56,975 bases of DNA, taken from positions 1 through 56,975 of the IMG/VR virus record IMGVR_UViG_3300034093_002880; one strand, 5' to 3'. Source of the stretch: a virus. Its lineage: Duplodnaviria; Caudoviricetes. The notes under the pieces were generated by a model. The model saw nothing but the letters and a program-made list of their open reading frames with translations, searched no databases and was not told the DNA's origin. Below are positions 21,440 to 30,832 of the stretch, in pieces (the first letter of the stretch is position 1; every line of letters begins with the position of its first letter). Position numbers and translations under genes: made by a program.

Positions 21440-23398
21440 TCAACTTACTCTACCCACGATATCTTTACTAGGAAACCTAACTTCAAACACCGATGGGTCA
21501 ATGGACGGGTATATAATTTTATCGACCGTTGCTTTATCAATATCATATTCGTGTTTCGAATAATCTCCGTCCCGAAGGGTCAAATTTTTCACTTTCAGGG
21601 AAGACACAGACTGGACGCCGTCTACCTTGCCAATCTCCAGTTCTAGCCTGCTCAAGTTTATTGGTTGACAGAATTGGATATTGTTTATATCGAAGTACTT
21701 TCCTACCAACGTGATACAATTTGCCAAAATTTCCCGCTTATTATAATTTTTATATGCCACTATGGTAAAATCCACCCCTATATTTATAATATACCCATCC
21801 AAAAGATTTACGCTGTCGGTCAACATTCTATATTGATTGATGTAATTTTTTAAATTTTGCTGTATTGCCGCGTTTGAATTTATCAATCTCTGAGACTTGT
21901 CGTAGCACAGTAAATATAGATTTATAGAAAAAGGGTTATTTTTTTCTGGTTGATATTGATTTATATTTTGCGGAGACATTCCACCGGATGACGAAGCATA
22001 CGCAGTAGCGGCCTGTATATTTGACATATCCAACTGGGTGTCTGTTACTGCATATGCCTTGGCGATTGCTCCATACTTGGACGGCATGGCATACGTACGC
22101 ACAACATAATCTTTCTGTGTCACCGCTCTGCCTTGTGACGAACAACTTGCTATCGCGTTGTTTCTCAATTCATCGTTGGTCTCCGCCCCTCTGCCACCCG
22201 CCGCCGGGATTGGATTATTGACTTTGATTGAGCGCCGAACTAAATCGGTGAGATTTCTTTCCAACGTTGGCAACTCCGTCACGTCCCCGAAAAATTCTAC
22301 ACTCGTAGTATTTTTTATGGAATTTGCGTTTACATTACTCTCTATTCCTCCCCCGACAACATATCTTACGGTCAGAGTTGTATTCGCCGGAGCTTGTCCA
22401 AATGCGTTGGACGACATAAAGTTCGATGGGTCATAGTAAACTCCTTCTGTTCTGAACGTCGAAACTTTTCCAACGGTATAAATATTTGGTATTACTATTT
22501 CATCGTCGGATATGTTGGTACCGGAACCAAATTCTATAAACGTGGTGCCATCTGCGTTGACTCCCGTAACGAATCGTTTGGAGGTTTTGAGGTATTTTAA
22601 CAGAAATGGTGCGGTGTCTCTATAAACCGAGAGTGCCGTATCATTCTTGATTATGTTTTCCGATTCGATTGGAACCAAGTCTTGTGCGAGATACTCCGTC
22701 TCGTTCCAACGGTTTCCATCTGAATCGTACATATCGAACACTTCTATTACGTTGGTCTCATTCAAATATGTTTTGAAAAATGGAGTTGGGCTACCCACAG
22801 ATATTTGCTTAGATACAAATTTACCGGAAAACGCATTTGCGCTCTTTTTTAGAACAAAAAATTCAGGTTGACCGGCGGAGTTCCGTTGATATACGGATAC
22901 TTCCAACGGGTCATTTTTCGTGTCTACTGTAAAATCTACCGGAGAGTTTGTGAGAAAGTTCACCCCGGAGTCACTGACAGACGACATTCCCGGCTTGATT
23001 ATTTGTGCATAATTCAAATCCGGAACAAACGAACCATCAACGTCCGTCTTTGCTGGTACCAATTGATAAACATCCAATGTGGTTACGCTTGGAGTTGACG
23101 CCTTGGATTTATATCCCATTGCCCTCGCCGAATCTATTATATTTTGTCTTTCCTCCGCGTTTACCAAAATAGATTCCTTGAATTGATAATCTACGTAATA
23201 TGATAATATATCCCCAACATACGCGGCCATTTCTATATACATCATTCCCGGAGATGCATCGCTAAAATCTTTGTATGTGTTTGGATAGTATGTCTTGGCA
23301 AAGTCGGTCAACGATTGCTTCAATTGACCAAAGTCCTTGCTAAGATATTTTACGTCTTTTTTGCCGGGTTGGAAAGATTTCGGTGTATCTAGAATCAT
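21440..23398 (-). CDS. Baseplate wedge subunit (T4 gp6 / baseplate J-like)
   Basis: KDF..LK..L, AYVGDILSYY, Y..GGG..SN, AGGRGAET, RAVT.KDY motifs. Confidence 0.88.
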   Translation of the reverse strand: MILDTPKSFQPGKKDVKYLSKDFGQLKQSLTDFAKTYYPNTYKDFSDASPGMMYIEMAAYVGDILSYYVDYQFKESILVNAEERQNIIDSARAMGYKSKASTPSVTTLDVYQLVPAKTDVDGSFVPDLNYAQIIKPGMSSVSDSGVNFLTNSPVDFTVDTKNDPLEVSVYQRNSAGQPEFFVLKKSANAFSGKFVSKQISVGSPTPFFKTYLNETNVIEVFDMYDSDGNRWNETEYLAQDLVPIESENIIKNDTALSVYRDTAPFLLKYLKTSKRFVTGVNADGTTFIEFGSGTNISDDEIVIPNIYTVGKVSTFRTEGVYYDPSNFMSSNAFGQAPANTTLTVRYVVGGGIESNVNANSIKNTTSVEFFGDVTELPTLERNLTDLVRRSIKVNNPIPAAGGRGAETNDELRNNAIASCSSQGRAVTQKDYVVRTYAMPSKYGAIAKAYAVTDTQLDMSNIQAATAYASSSGGMSPQNINQYQPEKNNPFSINLYLLCYDKSQRLINSNAAIQQNLKNYINQYRMLTDSVNLLDGYIINIGVDFTIVAYKNYNKREILANCITLVGKYFDINNIQFCQPINLSRLELEIGKVDGVQSVSSLKVKNLTLRDGDYSKHEYDIDKATVDKIIYPSIDPSVFEVRFPSKDIVGRVS

Positions 23399-23802
23399 AT
23401 ATTATTTGTGTTCATTGCCACAGTTAAAGTTTGTTCATCCGATATCCCAATGGACGGAACGGTAAACGACACGTTAACTGATATTTTATTATAATTCTCG
23501 TTGTCGGAATTACCGGAAATAGAGACCGAATTTACTGTCACATATCCCATCCATTTGGATATGTCTCTGCGTATGGTACCTTCTATTATAGGAATAAGAT
23601 CGTCCGTGGAATTTTCGAACAAGATTGACCATAAACCAGAACCAAATTCGGGACTCATACGCCGCTCTCCCTTTTTTGTCCGCAAAAGTAAATTTAGATT
23701 AGATTTAATTTGATCCAACGCACTATAGCTTTGATTAAAATATCCTTGATTCCCACGAGTTATGGGCAAAGTCACTCCAAAAGGCTGTGCAAATGTTGCC
23801 AT
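23395..23802 (-). CDS. Baseplate wedge subunit, gp25/GPW family
   Basis: LLRTKKGERRMSPEFGSGL..ILFE signature. Confidence 0.9.
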   Translation of the reverse strand: MATFAQPFGVTLPITRGNQGYFNQSYSALDQIKSNLNLLLRTKKGERRMSPEFGSGLWSILFENSTDDLIPIIEGTIRRDISKWMGYVTVNSVSISGNSDNENYNKISVNVSFTVPSIGISDEQTLTVAMNTNNI

Positions 23803-24224
23803 TATTTGTTTCTTGGCTTACTAAACGCTTTAACTAATTGTGAATAATCTCGTGTCATTGCGGTGGCCACGGCGGCAACTTCCTTATTTTCGCTTAATAC
23901 CTCCGGGGATAGATTCTTTATGGTATCCAACATTGAGCCGCCCGACACTTCTGCCTCCTGCGGAACGCCACCAACAGTCTCGTTTAGAATTGCATTCAAC
24001 ACCGGGTCTTTGGCATATGTACGGACCGGGGCTGGTTTTGCTATGGTTGGAGCCACACTTCTTGGCTTGGTTGATGGTACAATTGGCGATTTTTTAACTT
24101 CTCCCAACATAGATTGGGTGGAAATTTTTTCGGCTAAAACTTCCATGAGAAACTGGGGGAGAGAGGTTTCTATTTCTTCCCGGACGACCGTTCTGATTAT
24201 TTCGACTAGTTCTGACTTTTTCAT
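23802..24224 (-). CDS. Hypothetical protein, possibly head-associated
   Basis: MKKSELVEIIRTVVREE leader and several L-x-E sites; TATTTATA upstream. Confidence 0.6.
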   Translation of the reverse strand: MKKSELVEIIRTVVREEIETSLPQFLMEVLAEKISTQSMLGEVKKSPIVPSTKPRSVAPTIAKPAPVRTYAKDPVLNAILNETVGGVPQEAEVSGGSMLDTIKNLSPEVLSENKEVAAVATAMTRDYSQLVKAFSKPRNK

Positions 24225-24267
24225 ATATATGGTTCCTTATATAAATATAATGTAATTGACACAATTA

Positions 24268-25041
24268 TCAAGCACTGCTTCCGGTCGGTGCACCAAATGT
24301 CACAGAAGAATTGCTCAAAAATGTGGGCGATGCTTGTGTAATGTCCGTTGCCGACTGAATTTCTCCGGAAGCTTCCTGAGTTGTAGTTTGTAAACTGGAC
24401 TGTAAATTATTATATTGTTCTTCTAATCCGGCCAACGGAGTAATTTCTTTAACTTGGTCTACTTGGGATTGAACTTGGTCTTGTATGGCGGATACGCCAG
24501 TAGATTCTTTCAAATCTTCTAAAAGAGATGTTGCCAATGCTCCAATATTCCCACCAGACACCGCTTTTAATATTGATATCGCCGCCCCGGCCATTGCCAT
24601 ATTTATTTTTAACCCCGGCACAAACGGAGGAATTATAGTTTTATATTTAATAAGAGTTTCCGCCAAAAATTTTGGTCCTGCTCCTAAACTTATTCCTATT
24701 GGACCAAGTCCCGGAATTTGTGGAATTTGTGGCAGCTTTAAAGATGACAAATTAAGCGACCCGGCTATAGAAGGAAGCTGGGCATTAAATCCAAGTCCAC
24801 TTAAAGAAGGATTAACTCCAAGCGTCTGGAATGCTTGTCCGGTTGACATGTTAGTGTTTATACCAAGAGATGACGCCACACCCGAGGTAGATGTGGGAAC
24901 GTTGAATGCGGTTGGTACACTTAGACCGGTGAGCGAAGTTGTTGATTTAGTGATTGCACCAAGAGATAAATTTTGAGGCGTGGAAATTCCCGCCCCAATT
25001 GTTGGAGCTTTTATTGTAGGTATATTTATATTCAGTGGCAT
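24268..25041 (-). CDS. Hypothetical low-complexity Ser/Gly/Leu-rich protein in the baseplate module
   Basis: 257-aa ORF abutting the spike-like gene. Confidence 0.65.
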   Translation of the reverse strand: MPLNINIPTIKAPTIGAGISTPQNLSLGAITKSTTSLTGLSVPTAFNVPTSTSGVASSLGINTNMSTGQAFQTLGVNPSLSGLGFNAQLPSIAGSLNLSSLKLPQIPQIPGLGPIGISLGAGPKFLAETLIKYKTIIPPFVPGLKINMAMAGAAISILKAVSGGNIGALATSLLEDLKESTGVSAIQDQVQSQVDQVKEITPLAGLEEQYNNLQSSLQTTTQEASGEIQSATDITQASPTFLSNSSVTFGAPTGSSA

Positions 25042-25042
25042 A

Positions 25043-26491
25043 TTAATCTACTCCCCCCGACACAAATACTCTGCTACTCATCAATGAACTCAACTGCGAC
25101 TGGTGGGCAAGCAGACTTAACTGGGACGCCTTCAGTGATGTCAGTTGTTCAACCCACAGAGCAATTTGAACCGCAGTTACAAGTGGAATAGGAGGCGAGG
25201 TAGGTTTTGCCAAATTTCCAAGATGTACGTGCAATTCAGCAAAAGCTATTAAGGTCGTTAATGTTTGAATTTGTGTATTAACATTCAACAACATCCAGTC
25301 TACCATTTTATCCATCCAAGCCACAGTTGTTCTTCCAAGCAACGCCGGTTCGTATGGTTTACCATGGTCTCCTAAATATATTTTTGGTGCATTGATTGTG
25401 GCAGTTTTCACGCTAGTCAATGTCATCTTTTTTTTGCATGTAACTATAAATTCTTCATCCGATGCCATGCACATGCTTTTCTTGGAAAAAAATAGAGTTT
25501 CGTTTACCTTGGACGAAAATATCAATCTATCGCTGTTTATTACTATTTGGTCTCCATCCAATTTAGGAATTTTAAACCCGAGTATTCCACTTATAAAAGG
25601 AGTATTTGTGGTAGGATTAAATGTGGATATGGTCTTTCCGGATGTAAAATGCATCGACGAGCCGTCCGAATTTATGTCTTCTGCCGTGTATCCCTTCGCG
25701 GTAAATCCGGGCGTCCCCTTTATTGGGGATTGTCGATTTCTTATCAACACCATTGGATTTCCCCCACCTTCACTATACTCACCCAAGCCAGTGTCGTTTT
25801 TTCTCGTGCCGTCGTATGCGCCGATTCGTATGGATGACCCGAATCTAGACTCTAATATTGTATCTCCCTCGTAACGTTTCAATGCTCTGATGTTAGGATT
25901 GAATTTAAAATAATTTCCCAGTACCCCCTCGTAATTTGCTCCCCCGTCAAAATTCATTTTTGATGTAGGCCCAGAATTTTTCTTTCCCGTATATTCATTT
26001 AAATTTGATTCAACATATCCGGCAACTCTTTCGGTAATAAATGATGCGTTTGAATTCACCACGGATTTGAAATTTAGTTTTTTTGAATAATAATATTTAT
26101 TTAAATATTTAGCTATGATTACGATTTCGTTCATCAAAGGGAACTCCGAAACTCCGGTGTTTTCAATTGGTGTCGCCCAGTTCAATTCTTCTTTGCTTTT
26201 ACCACGCTCACTGTTTAAAAATCTAAATTTTACTTTCCCCAGAACTCCGTAATTTTTATCGCCAGCTACGGGCTTGGACCCGTCTATATTTGGAGGCCAA
26301 TCGTTTGGATTAAGTTCGCTAGAAGAAAATTCCGGGTGAGATTCATCCAGTATAATATCCAATACCACAGCTTCTTCTAACTCATAAAAATACGAAGAAT
26401 CCGGCTTGCGTTCAATCGTAAATCTTCGGGACGCCATACGGTCGTCCTGTTTTAAATTAAGCTCACTTCGATGCTCTGTGTGTGTCCACAT
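25043..26491 (-). CDS. Baseplate hub or central spike (gp5/GpV-like)
   Basis: OB-fold-like P..NE.V, GD...ESRFG.SIR.G, beta-helix-like IVINSDRLIF...INAPKIYLG, C-terminal H-x-H (HVH). Confidence 0.65.
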   Translation of the reverse strand: MWTHTEHRSELNLKQDDRMASRRFTIERKPDSSYFYELEEAVVLDIILDESHPEFSSSELNPNDWPPNIDGSKPVAGDKNYGVLGKVKFRFLNSERGKSKEELNWATPIENTGVSEFPLMNEIVIIAKYLNKYYYSKKLNFKSVVNSNASFITERVAGYVESNLNEYTGKKNSGPTSKMNFDGGANYEGVLGNYFKFNPNIRALKRYEGDTILESRFGSSIRIGAYDGTRKNDTGLGEYSEGGGNPMVLIRNRQSPIKGTPGFTAKGYTAEDINSDGSSMHFTSGKTISTFNPTTNTPFISGILGFKIPKLDGDQIVINSDRLIFSSKVNETLFFSKKSMCMASDEEFIVTCKKKMTLTSVKTATINAPKIYLGDHGKPYEPALLGRTTVAWMDKMVDWMLLNVNTQIQTLTTLIAFAELHVHLGNLAKPTSPPIPLVTAVQIALWVEQLTSLKASQLSLLAHQSQLSSLMSSRVFVSGGVD

Positions 26492-26859
26492 TATTGTTCC
26501 GTGTTAAATACCACCGGCTTGGGGACGGTCTTCGTCGCTTCCTCCACCGCCGACATTAATTGCTTGCGTTCTTCTTCCGTGAGAGCCTCGCCACCGGTCT
26601 CCGGCCCGCCTTTGTCTGCCATCATTCTTTGTACAATCGCGGCCAATTTTAGTAGTTGGTCGTCATTTCTAATACCCAAATCTAAATATTCTTTTAGAAG
26701 TGGGATTATTGTTATAGCATCATTGAGAGTTTTTATCATTTGACGCAAATCCGAGACCATAATTTCCAATTGGTCTCGTTTCTCTTGTGAGTTTGTTACG
26801 ATGTCCTTACACAGACCAGAGAAGTTTTTTCCTTTATATATTTCGAATTCTTCATTCAT
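26491..26859 (-). CDS. Helical hypothetical protein (possibly terminase small subunit-like)
   Basis: 122-aa coiled/helical ORF with the late motif upstream; the function is a guess. Confidence 0.4.
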   Translation of the reverse strand: MNEEFEIYKGKNFSGLCKDIVTNSQEKRDQLEIMVSDLRQMIKTLNDAITIIPLLKEYLDLGIRNDDQLLKLAAIVQRMMADKGGPETGGEALTEEERKQLMSAVEEATKTVPKPVVFNTEQ

Positions 26860-26888
26860 ATATTATAAATAGCCCGGATATACAATAT

Positions 26889-27752
26889 TTAGAGGCTTAT
26901 AGCGCCACGGTTTAGGTATTCTTCTGTTATTTGCTGTTGGGTATTTTTCATCTTGTTTACCACTTTGGTTATATGTTGGGTTTGGCAGTCCGCTATTTCC
27001 CGTATATATAGATATAATGCCTTTTTATTGAATACGTCGATTCTGTCGGCATTCCGGAAAATTTCCACCACCGCGTTGGCGATTTTTAAATCCCGATCTT
27101 TATTGAAATAATTACCAACGTTTTTGTCCCAAAATTCTACCATCAATTTTATAAATTCTCGGGTTTCACTCTCTTGCTTCTCATGTTCTGGTTCAACCAC
27201 AAATTCCCCGGACTCTCCTGTTTGTTCACATATCTCAACATGTTTCTTGAATCTTCTATATGTGGTGTTATTGTCTAGGATGAACCAATGTTTTGCAACT
27301 ATACTAAAATAACTGAAAGCTTTTCCTTTACCCTTTTCATATTTGCCTATGTTTGCTACCATATGAGAGATTGCCTGCTTCTGAATTTCTAGTGGAGATA
27401 CATCCGCATAGCTGAATTTGAATGTATTATAAACATTTTCGGCAATTTTGCTGAATGCACCCTGTATTTCATTATTATAAATTCGGTCTTTTTCTTTACT
27501 GTCTTCGGTTTCGTTGTATTTGACAATTGCCGCCTCGGTATCGGAGGTGAAATAGACATTGGATACCTTCTTCTCCGGGACATCGCCAACAGTGGCATCA
27601 GTTTTTTTCTTTCCCTTTGGTCTTCCACGCGGTCTACTCAGTTTGGTATCGTATGAAACGGACGTTGGTGCAATAGTTTCACTCTTGGCCCGCTTTAACT
27701 TTTTTGGCTTAGGTGACGGCTTTTGCTTGGATATTTTTTTGTTTTTTTTCAT
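26889..27752 (-). CDS. Phage RNA polymerase sigma factor (T4 gp55-like, late) with an N-terminal AT-hook
   Basis: Region-2-like KIAEN...FSY...KY...KGKAFSYFSIVAK; RPRGRPK AT-hook in the basic N-terminal extension. Confidence 0.75.
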   Translation of the reverse strand: MKKNKKISKQKPSPKPKKLKRAKSETIAPTSVSYDTKLSRPRGRPKGKKKTDATVGDVPEKKVSNVYFTSDTEAAIVKYNETEDSKEKDRIYNNEIQGAFSKIAENVYNTFKFSYADVSPLEIQKQAISHMVANIGKYEKGKGKAFSYFSIVAKHWFILDNNTTYRRFKKHVEICEQTGESGEFVVEPEHEKQESETREFIKLMVEFWDKNVGNYFNKDRDLKIANAVVEIFRNADRIDVFNKKALYLYIREIADCQTQHITKVVNKMKNTQQQITEEYLNRGAISL

Positions 27753-28006
27753 TTTATTTTTTCATTAAATTCTGTGGTCACCCGTACAATCTCGGAGAAC
27801 ACAAACCCAACGTCGTCATCGTGGTCAAACAAATTTTTATCGTCCACCATCTTAAGCTCCTTATAAACGTTTGCTATTTCTTCGCGAAAATCGGAAATCC
27901 ACTCTTCGTGAATTTCTATTTTTTTCACCATATTATAGCACGCATATCCCAACACACAGGTTGAAATAAAAAATAAAATCATCAATGATGTTATTAGTAT
28001 TATCAT
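27749..28006 (-). CDS. Small membrane-anchored protein
   Basis: N-terminal hydrophobic helix followed by a charged coil; ATGA overlap. Confidence 0.7.
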   Translation of the reverse strand: MIILITSLMILFFISTCVLGYACYNMVKKIEIHEEWISDFREEIANVYKELKMVDDKNLFDHDDDVGFVFSEIVRVTTEFNEKIK

Positions 28007-28007
28007 A

Positions 28008-28160
28008 TTATTCTAATTCTTCGTCTGATTCTTTGCCTTCGTAACCTAGCTCATCTCGCAAAATTTCCAATGCATCTTCAACTGCTGGCCAGCTTCTGCG
28101 GTCGAGTGCATGTTCTAGCAATTCTTTAATTTCTTCGAGGTTGTCGGGATTAATGTTCAT
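28008..28160 (-). CDS. Small acidic protein (50 aa), not in the ORF track
   Basis: MNINPDNLEEIKELLEHALDRRSWPAVEDALEILRDELGYEGKESDEELE; fills the gap exactly, with an ATGA overlap to def. Confidence 0.7.
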   Translation of the reverse strand: MNINPDNLEEIKELLEHALDRRSWPAVEDALEILRDELGYEGKESDEELE

Positions 28161-28783
28161 ATTATTTTCCATCCAGTTTTGATTAAATTCAGAGCGGACT
28201 TATACTTTATGTATTGACTCTCTCCATCTTTTTCTACCATTACTTTGGAATTTCTTCCATATTTTATAGTTTTTGGTTGTGGGGGAGTGAACCGAACACC
28301 GTCGTCCGTCATCAACACCCCGTTTAAGTGGTCTATCTCATGTTGAACGCAAACGGCCTCAAGAATCCCGTAATCGGCCCCAATCGTAGATGAGTCTAGT
28401 GGCTCTTTGTCTGGACCAAACGGTATGGGGTTCGCGTGGTTTAGGGTGGTAACTAAAAATTTAATACTTCGCAACGTTGAGGTACGCTTTCCCGGTAAAC
28501 TCAAACACCCCTCTAGATAAATTATTTTCTCCTTGCTTGCCTCTGATATTACCGGGTTCATCAATACCAAGGGTGGCGCATCTTTTCTGACTGTAACTAC
28601 ACATACACTTTTATTTATACCAATCTGGTTGGCCGATAATCCAAGAGAATTTCCGGAATTTGGAAGGCCCGTCTGTAGTGTTTCTATTAATTTGTTGGCA
28701 ATTTCTTGCCCCTCTTCAACGGTTAATACCGGAGTCGTTTTCTTGTGGAGATAATCTCTATTTTTAACAATTTTATAACTCAT
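28157..28783 (-). CDS. def: Peptide deformylase
   Basis: All three PDF motifs: GLSANQIG, EGCLS, QHEIDHLNG. Confidence 0.95.
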   Translation of the reverse strand: MSYKIVKNRDYLHKKTTPVLTVEEGQEIANKLIETLQTGLPNSGNSLGLSANQIGINKSVCVVTVRKDAPPLVLMNPVISEASKEKIIYLEGCLSLPGKRTSTLRSIKFLVTTLNHANPIPFGPDKEPLDSSTIGADYGILEAVCVQHEIDHLNGVLMTDDGVRFTPPQPKTIKYGRNSKVMVEKDGESQYIKYKSALNLIKTGWKII

Positions 28784-28867
28784 ATTTATATGTATAATCG
28801 TATATACGACTCACATATATATAGATATGTTTTATTTTGTCAATATATATTAAACAAAATTCTTCTA

Positions 28868-29884
28868 TTATTTGTTTAAAACATCGTGGTCTCTATTAAA
28901 TGGACCGTGGGGTTTTACAGGAGATGGTGGCGGAGGAGGAACTGGGGGATTTATAGTTTCCTCCTCTTTCTTTTCTACAATGATTGGGTCGGGCTCGATT
29001 TCCGATTGGCGTTCAATTTCTTTTTTTGGTGGCAAAACGACTTCCGTAGATGTTGGAAGTGGTTCTGTCGCAACTTCAATTGGGTCTTCTTTTTTATTCG
29101 ACATAGCCACATTGTATGCCAAAATCAAACTAATAGCCAGAGGGTCAAATACAATTATAATAACTATTATAAACCATTTTACCGTCGTGTTCAAATCTAA
29201 TCCTAGTGCATCGGCAACGAACTTGAAAGTTATAATATCTTTAGTTTTCGCGGAATTTGTCTTCGATTCTATAATTCTAACCTCGGCATCAGAGAGCTTG
29301 TTTGAAATATCGCTATACTTTTTCTTTTCCTCGGTCAAATCCGAGTCAGTTCGCTTTATCATATCTATGTTTTGTTCCTGAACCTGCCTCAACTGGGTGG
29401 GATTTCTTGATAAAATAGGATTGCTCAATGCCTCATTCATGCGCTTCTCTTGGTCAGTTCTTATACTTAACATTAAATCGACTCTTTGTTTTGCCATACC
29501 AAGTTCTGATTGTATCGTGGATTTCTGTTCTACCAAAGCCGCTGTTCTTTGCTGTGCTATTTCGTATTCTAAGGCAGACGATTGATAAGCCGATGAAAGC
29601 CATCCAAATACTCCCAAAGAGGTTATAACCATGAGGACGAGTACCGCAATGGTCATGTAAACCTTCAACGCCGATGTAATTTTTTTCCAGTATCTATATA
29701 AAAAAGAAGTGGCCACCACCTTCCCCAATTCCAGAGAAGTTGCCATAATCATTGATGATACATAAGCGCCGGAAAATAGCATTCCTATGCCCATCACGCT
29801 AAAAAATCCAGCAATTACGGCCACGAATAATGCAGTAATTCCAAGAATTTCCTGAAAGCCTATTTCTTTATTTAATATCTTCAT
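28868..29884 (-). CDS. Multi-pass membrane protein with a coiled coil and Pro-rich tail
   Basis: Three N-terminal TM segments, a long coiled coil, a further TM segment with FDPLAI. Confidence 0.75.
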   Translation of the reverse strand: MKILNKEIGFQEILGITALFVAVIAGFFSVMGIGMLFSGAYVSSMIMATSLELGKVVATSFLYRYWKKITSALKVYMTIAVLVLMVITSLGVFGWLSSAYQSSALEYEIAQQRTAALVEQKSTIQSELGMAKQRVDLMLSIRTDQEKRMNEALSNPILSRNPTQLRQVQEQNIDMIKRTDSDLTEEKKKYSDISNKLSDAEVRIIESKTNSAKTKDIITFKFVADALGLDLNTTVKWFIIVIIIVFDPLAISLILAYNVAMSNKKEDPIEVATEPLPTSTEVVLPPKKEIERQSEIEPDPIIVEKKEEETINPPVPPPPPSPVKPHGPFNRDHDVLNK

Positions 29885-29918
29885 ATGTGCGAATATATAA
29901 GTATTGTATATATGAAAT

Positions 29919-29949
29919 AAAAGACCCCCGATTTCTCGGGGGTCTTTTT
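29919..29949. terminator. Bidirectional intrinsic terminator
   Basis: AAAAGACCCCCGA-TTTC-TCGGGGGTCTTTT perfect stem with A/T tails on both sides. Confidence 0.9.
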
Positions 29950-30017
29950 AGGGGTGGCTGAATCAGCTACCCTCCACCATTTCATGAAAGGCATGAACAC
30001 CTATGTAACATTTACGA
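29919..30017 (-). ncRNA. Candidate ~100-nt small RNA
   Basis: Lies between a TTGACC-N16-TAGAGT promoter (30024-30051) and the terminator; two internal hairpins; no credible ORF. Confidence 0.45.
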
Positions 30018-30062
30018 GATACAACTCTACCAAATTATTGGTAAAGGTCAAGTCTTTTCGGA

Positions 30063-30761
30063 TTACATTTTTTCGGCAGTTCCTTGGGCATTCGATGCCT
30101 TCCACTCGTCGTGCTCGGCGCGACATGCCAACAAGTCAGCGACGTGAATAACATACGGCAGGCTGGTTTTTAGTCCCTTTTCTACATCGTAATTTTTATA
30201 ATAATCTTTAGCTGAGTCGTCGTATAGTCCATCCGATAACTTTATGGCTAACATTTCCTTGGTGTTATATGTGACTCCATATTTTTGTAGCAAATATAAG
30301 GCTCTGTCCGGCACTCGCATAAACTGAATATCCGGGTTTAGCTTGTACACCTCACCACGATTTTCTATGTGCCATTTACTATCATTGTAAATATATTGAG
30401 GGCCGGTCTCGTCGCCGAGTTTACCCAAATCGTGATGAAGCGCGGAAAATATCCGCTCCTCTTCCGTGAAATCGACCGCACCTCCGATACCGGCATATAA
30501 TTTCTGGGTTCCCCGAGACGCCTTCTCCACATGCATTACATGTTGCAGGTATCCGCCAGCCCACGCGCAGTGGAATTGAAGCCTCGTTGATGCGGGGGCC
30601 GTTGCCAATTGTAATCCCAAATTCTCGTCGGAATACATTGCAAGTAATTTGACCAGCCTATCCCCAGTGAAACTTTGATTGAGAAATTCTATAAAATATT
30701 CGTAATTACTCTGGATTTCGGATTCGGTTAATTCTGATTTTGTGTTTAGTTTATTTTTCAT
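30063..30761 (-). CDS. HD-domain phosphohydrolase (YhaM-like)
   Basis: APAS...HCA..GGY.QH, HHDLGK, DG.Y, HVAD motifs. Confidence 0.85.
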   Translation of the reverse strand: MKNKLNTKSELTESEIQSNYEYFIEFLNQSFTGDRLVKLLAMYSDENLGLQLATAPASTRLQFHCAWAGGYLQHVMHVEKASRGTQKLYAGIGGAVDFTEEERIFSALHHDLGKLGDETGPQYIYNDSKWHIENRGEVYKLNPDIQFMRVPDRALYLLQKYGVTYNTKEMLAIKLSDGLYDDSAKDYYKNYDVEKGLKTSLPYVIHVADLLACRAEHDEWKASNAQGTAEKM

Positions 30762-30795
30762 ATTAAGAAAGGCGTAGGATACCGCCTATCCAACA

Positions 30796-30823
30796 ACTAT
30801 ACTGTTAGAATAAACACTGTCAA
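30796..30823 (-). promoter_or_regulatory. Sigma70-type promoter
   Basis: TTGACA-N16-TATAGT. Confidence 0.75.
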
Positions 30824-30832
30824 TCTATAATA

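Noticed and set aside
29951-30000. tRNA or tmRNA fragment
   Set aside because: No cloverleaf, T-loop GTTCRA or CCA end; kept only as an unclassified small-RNA candidate
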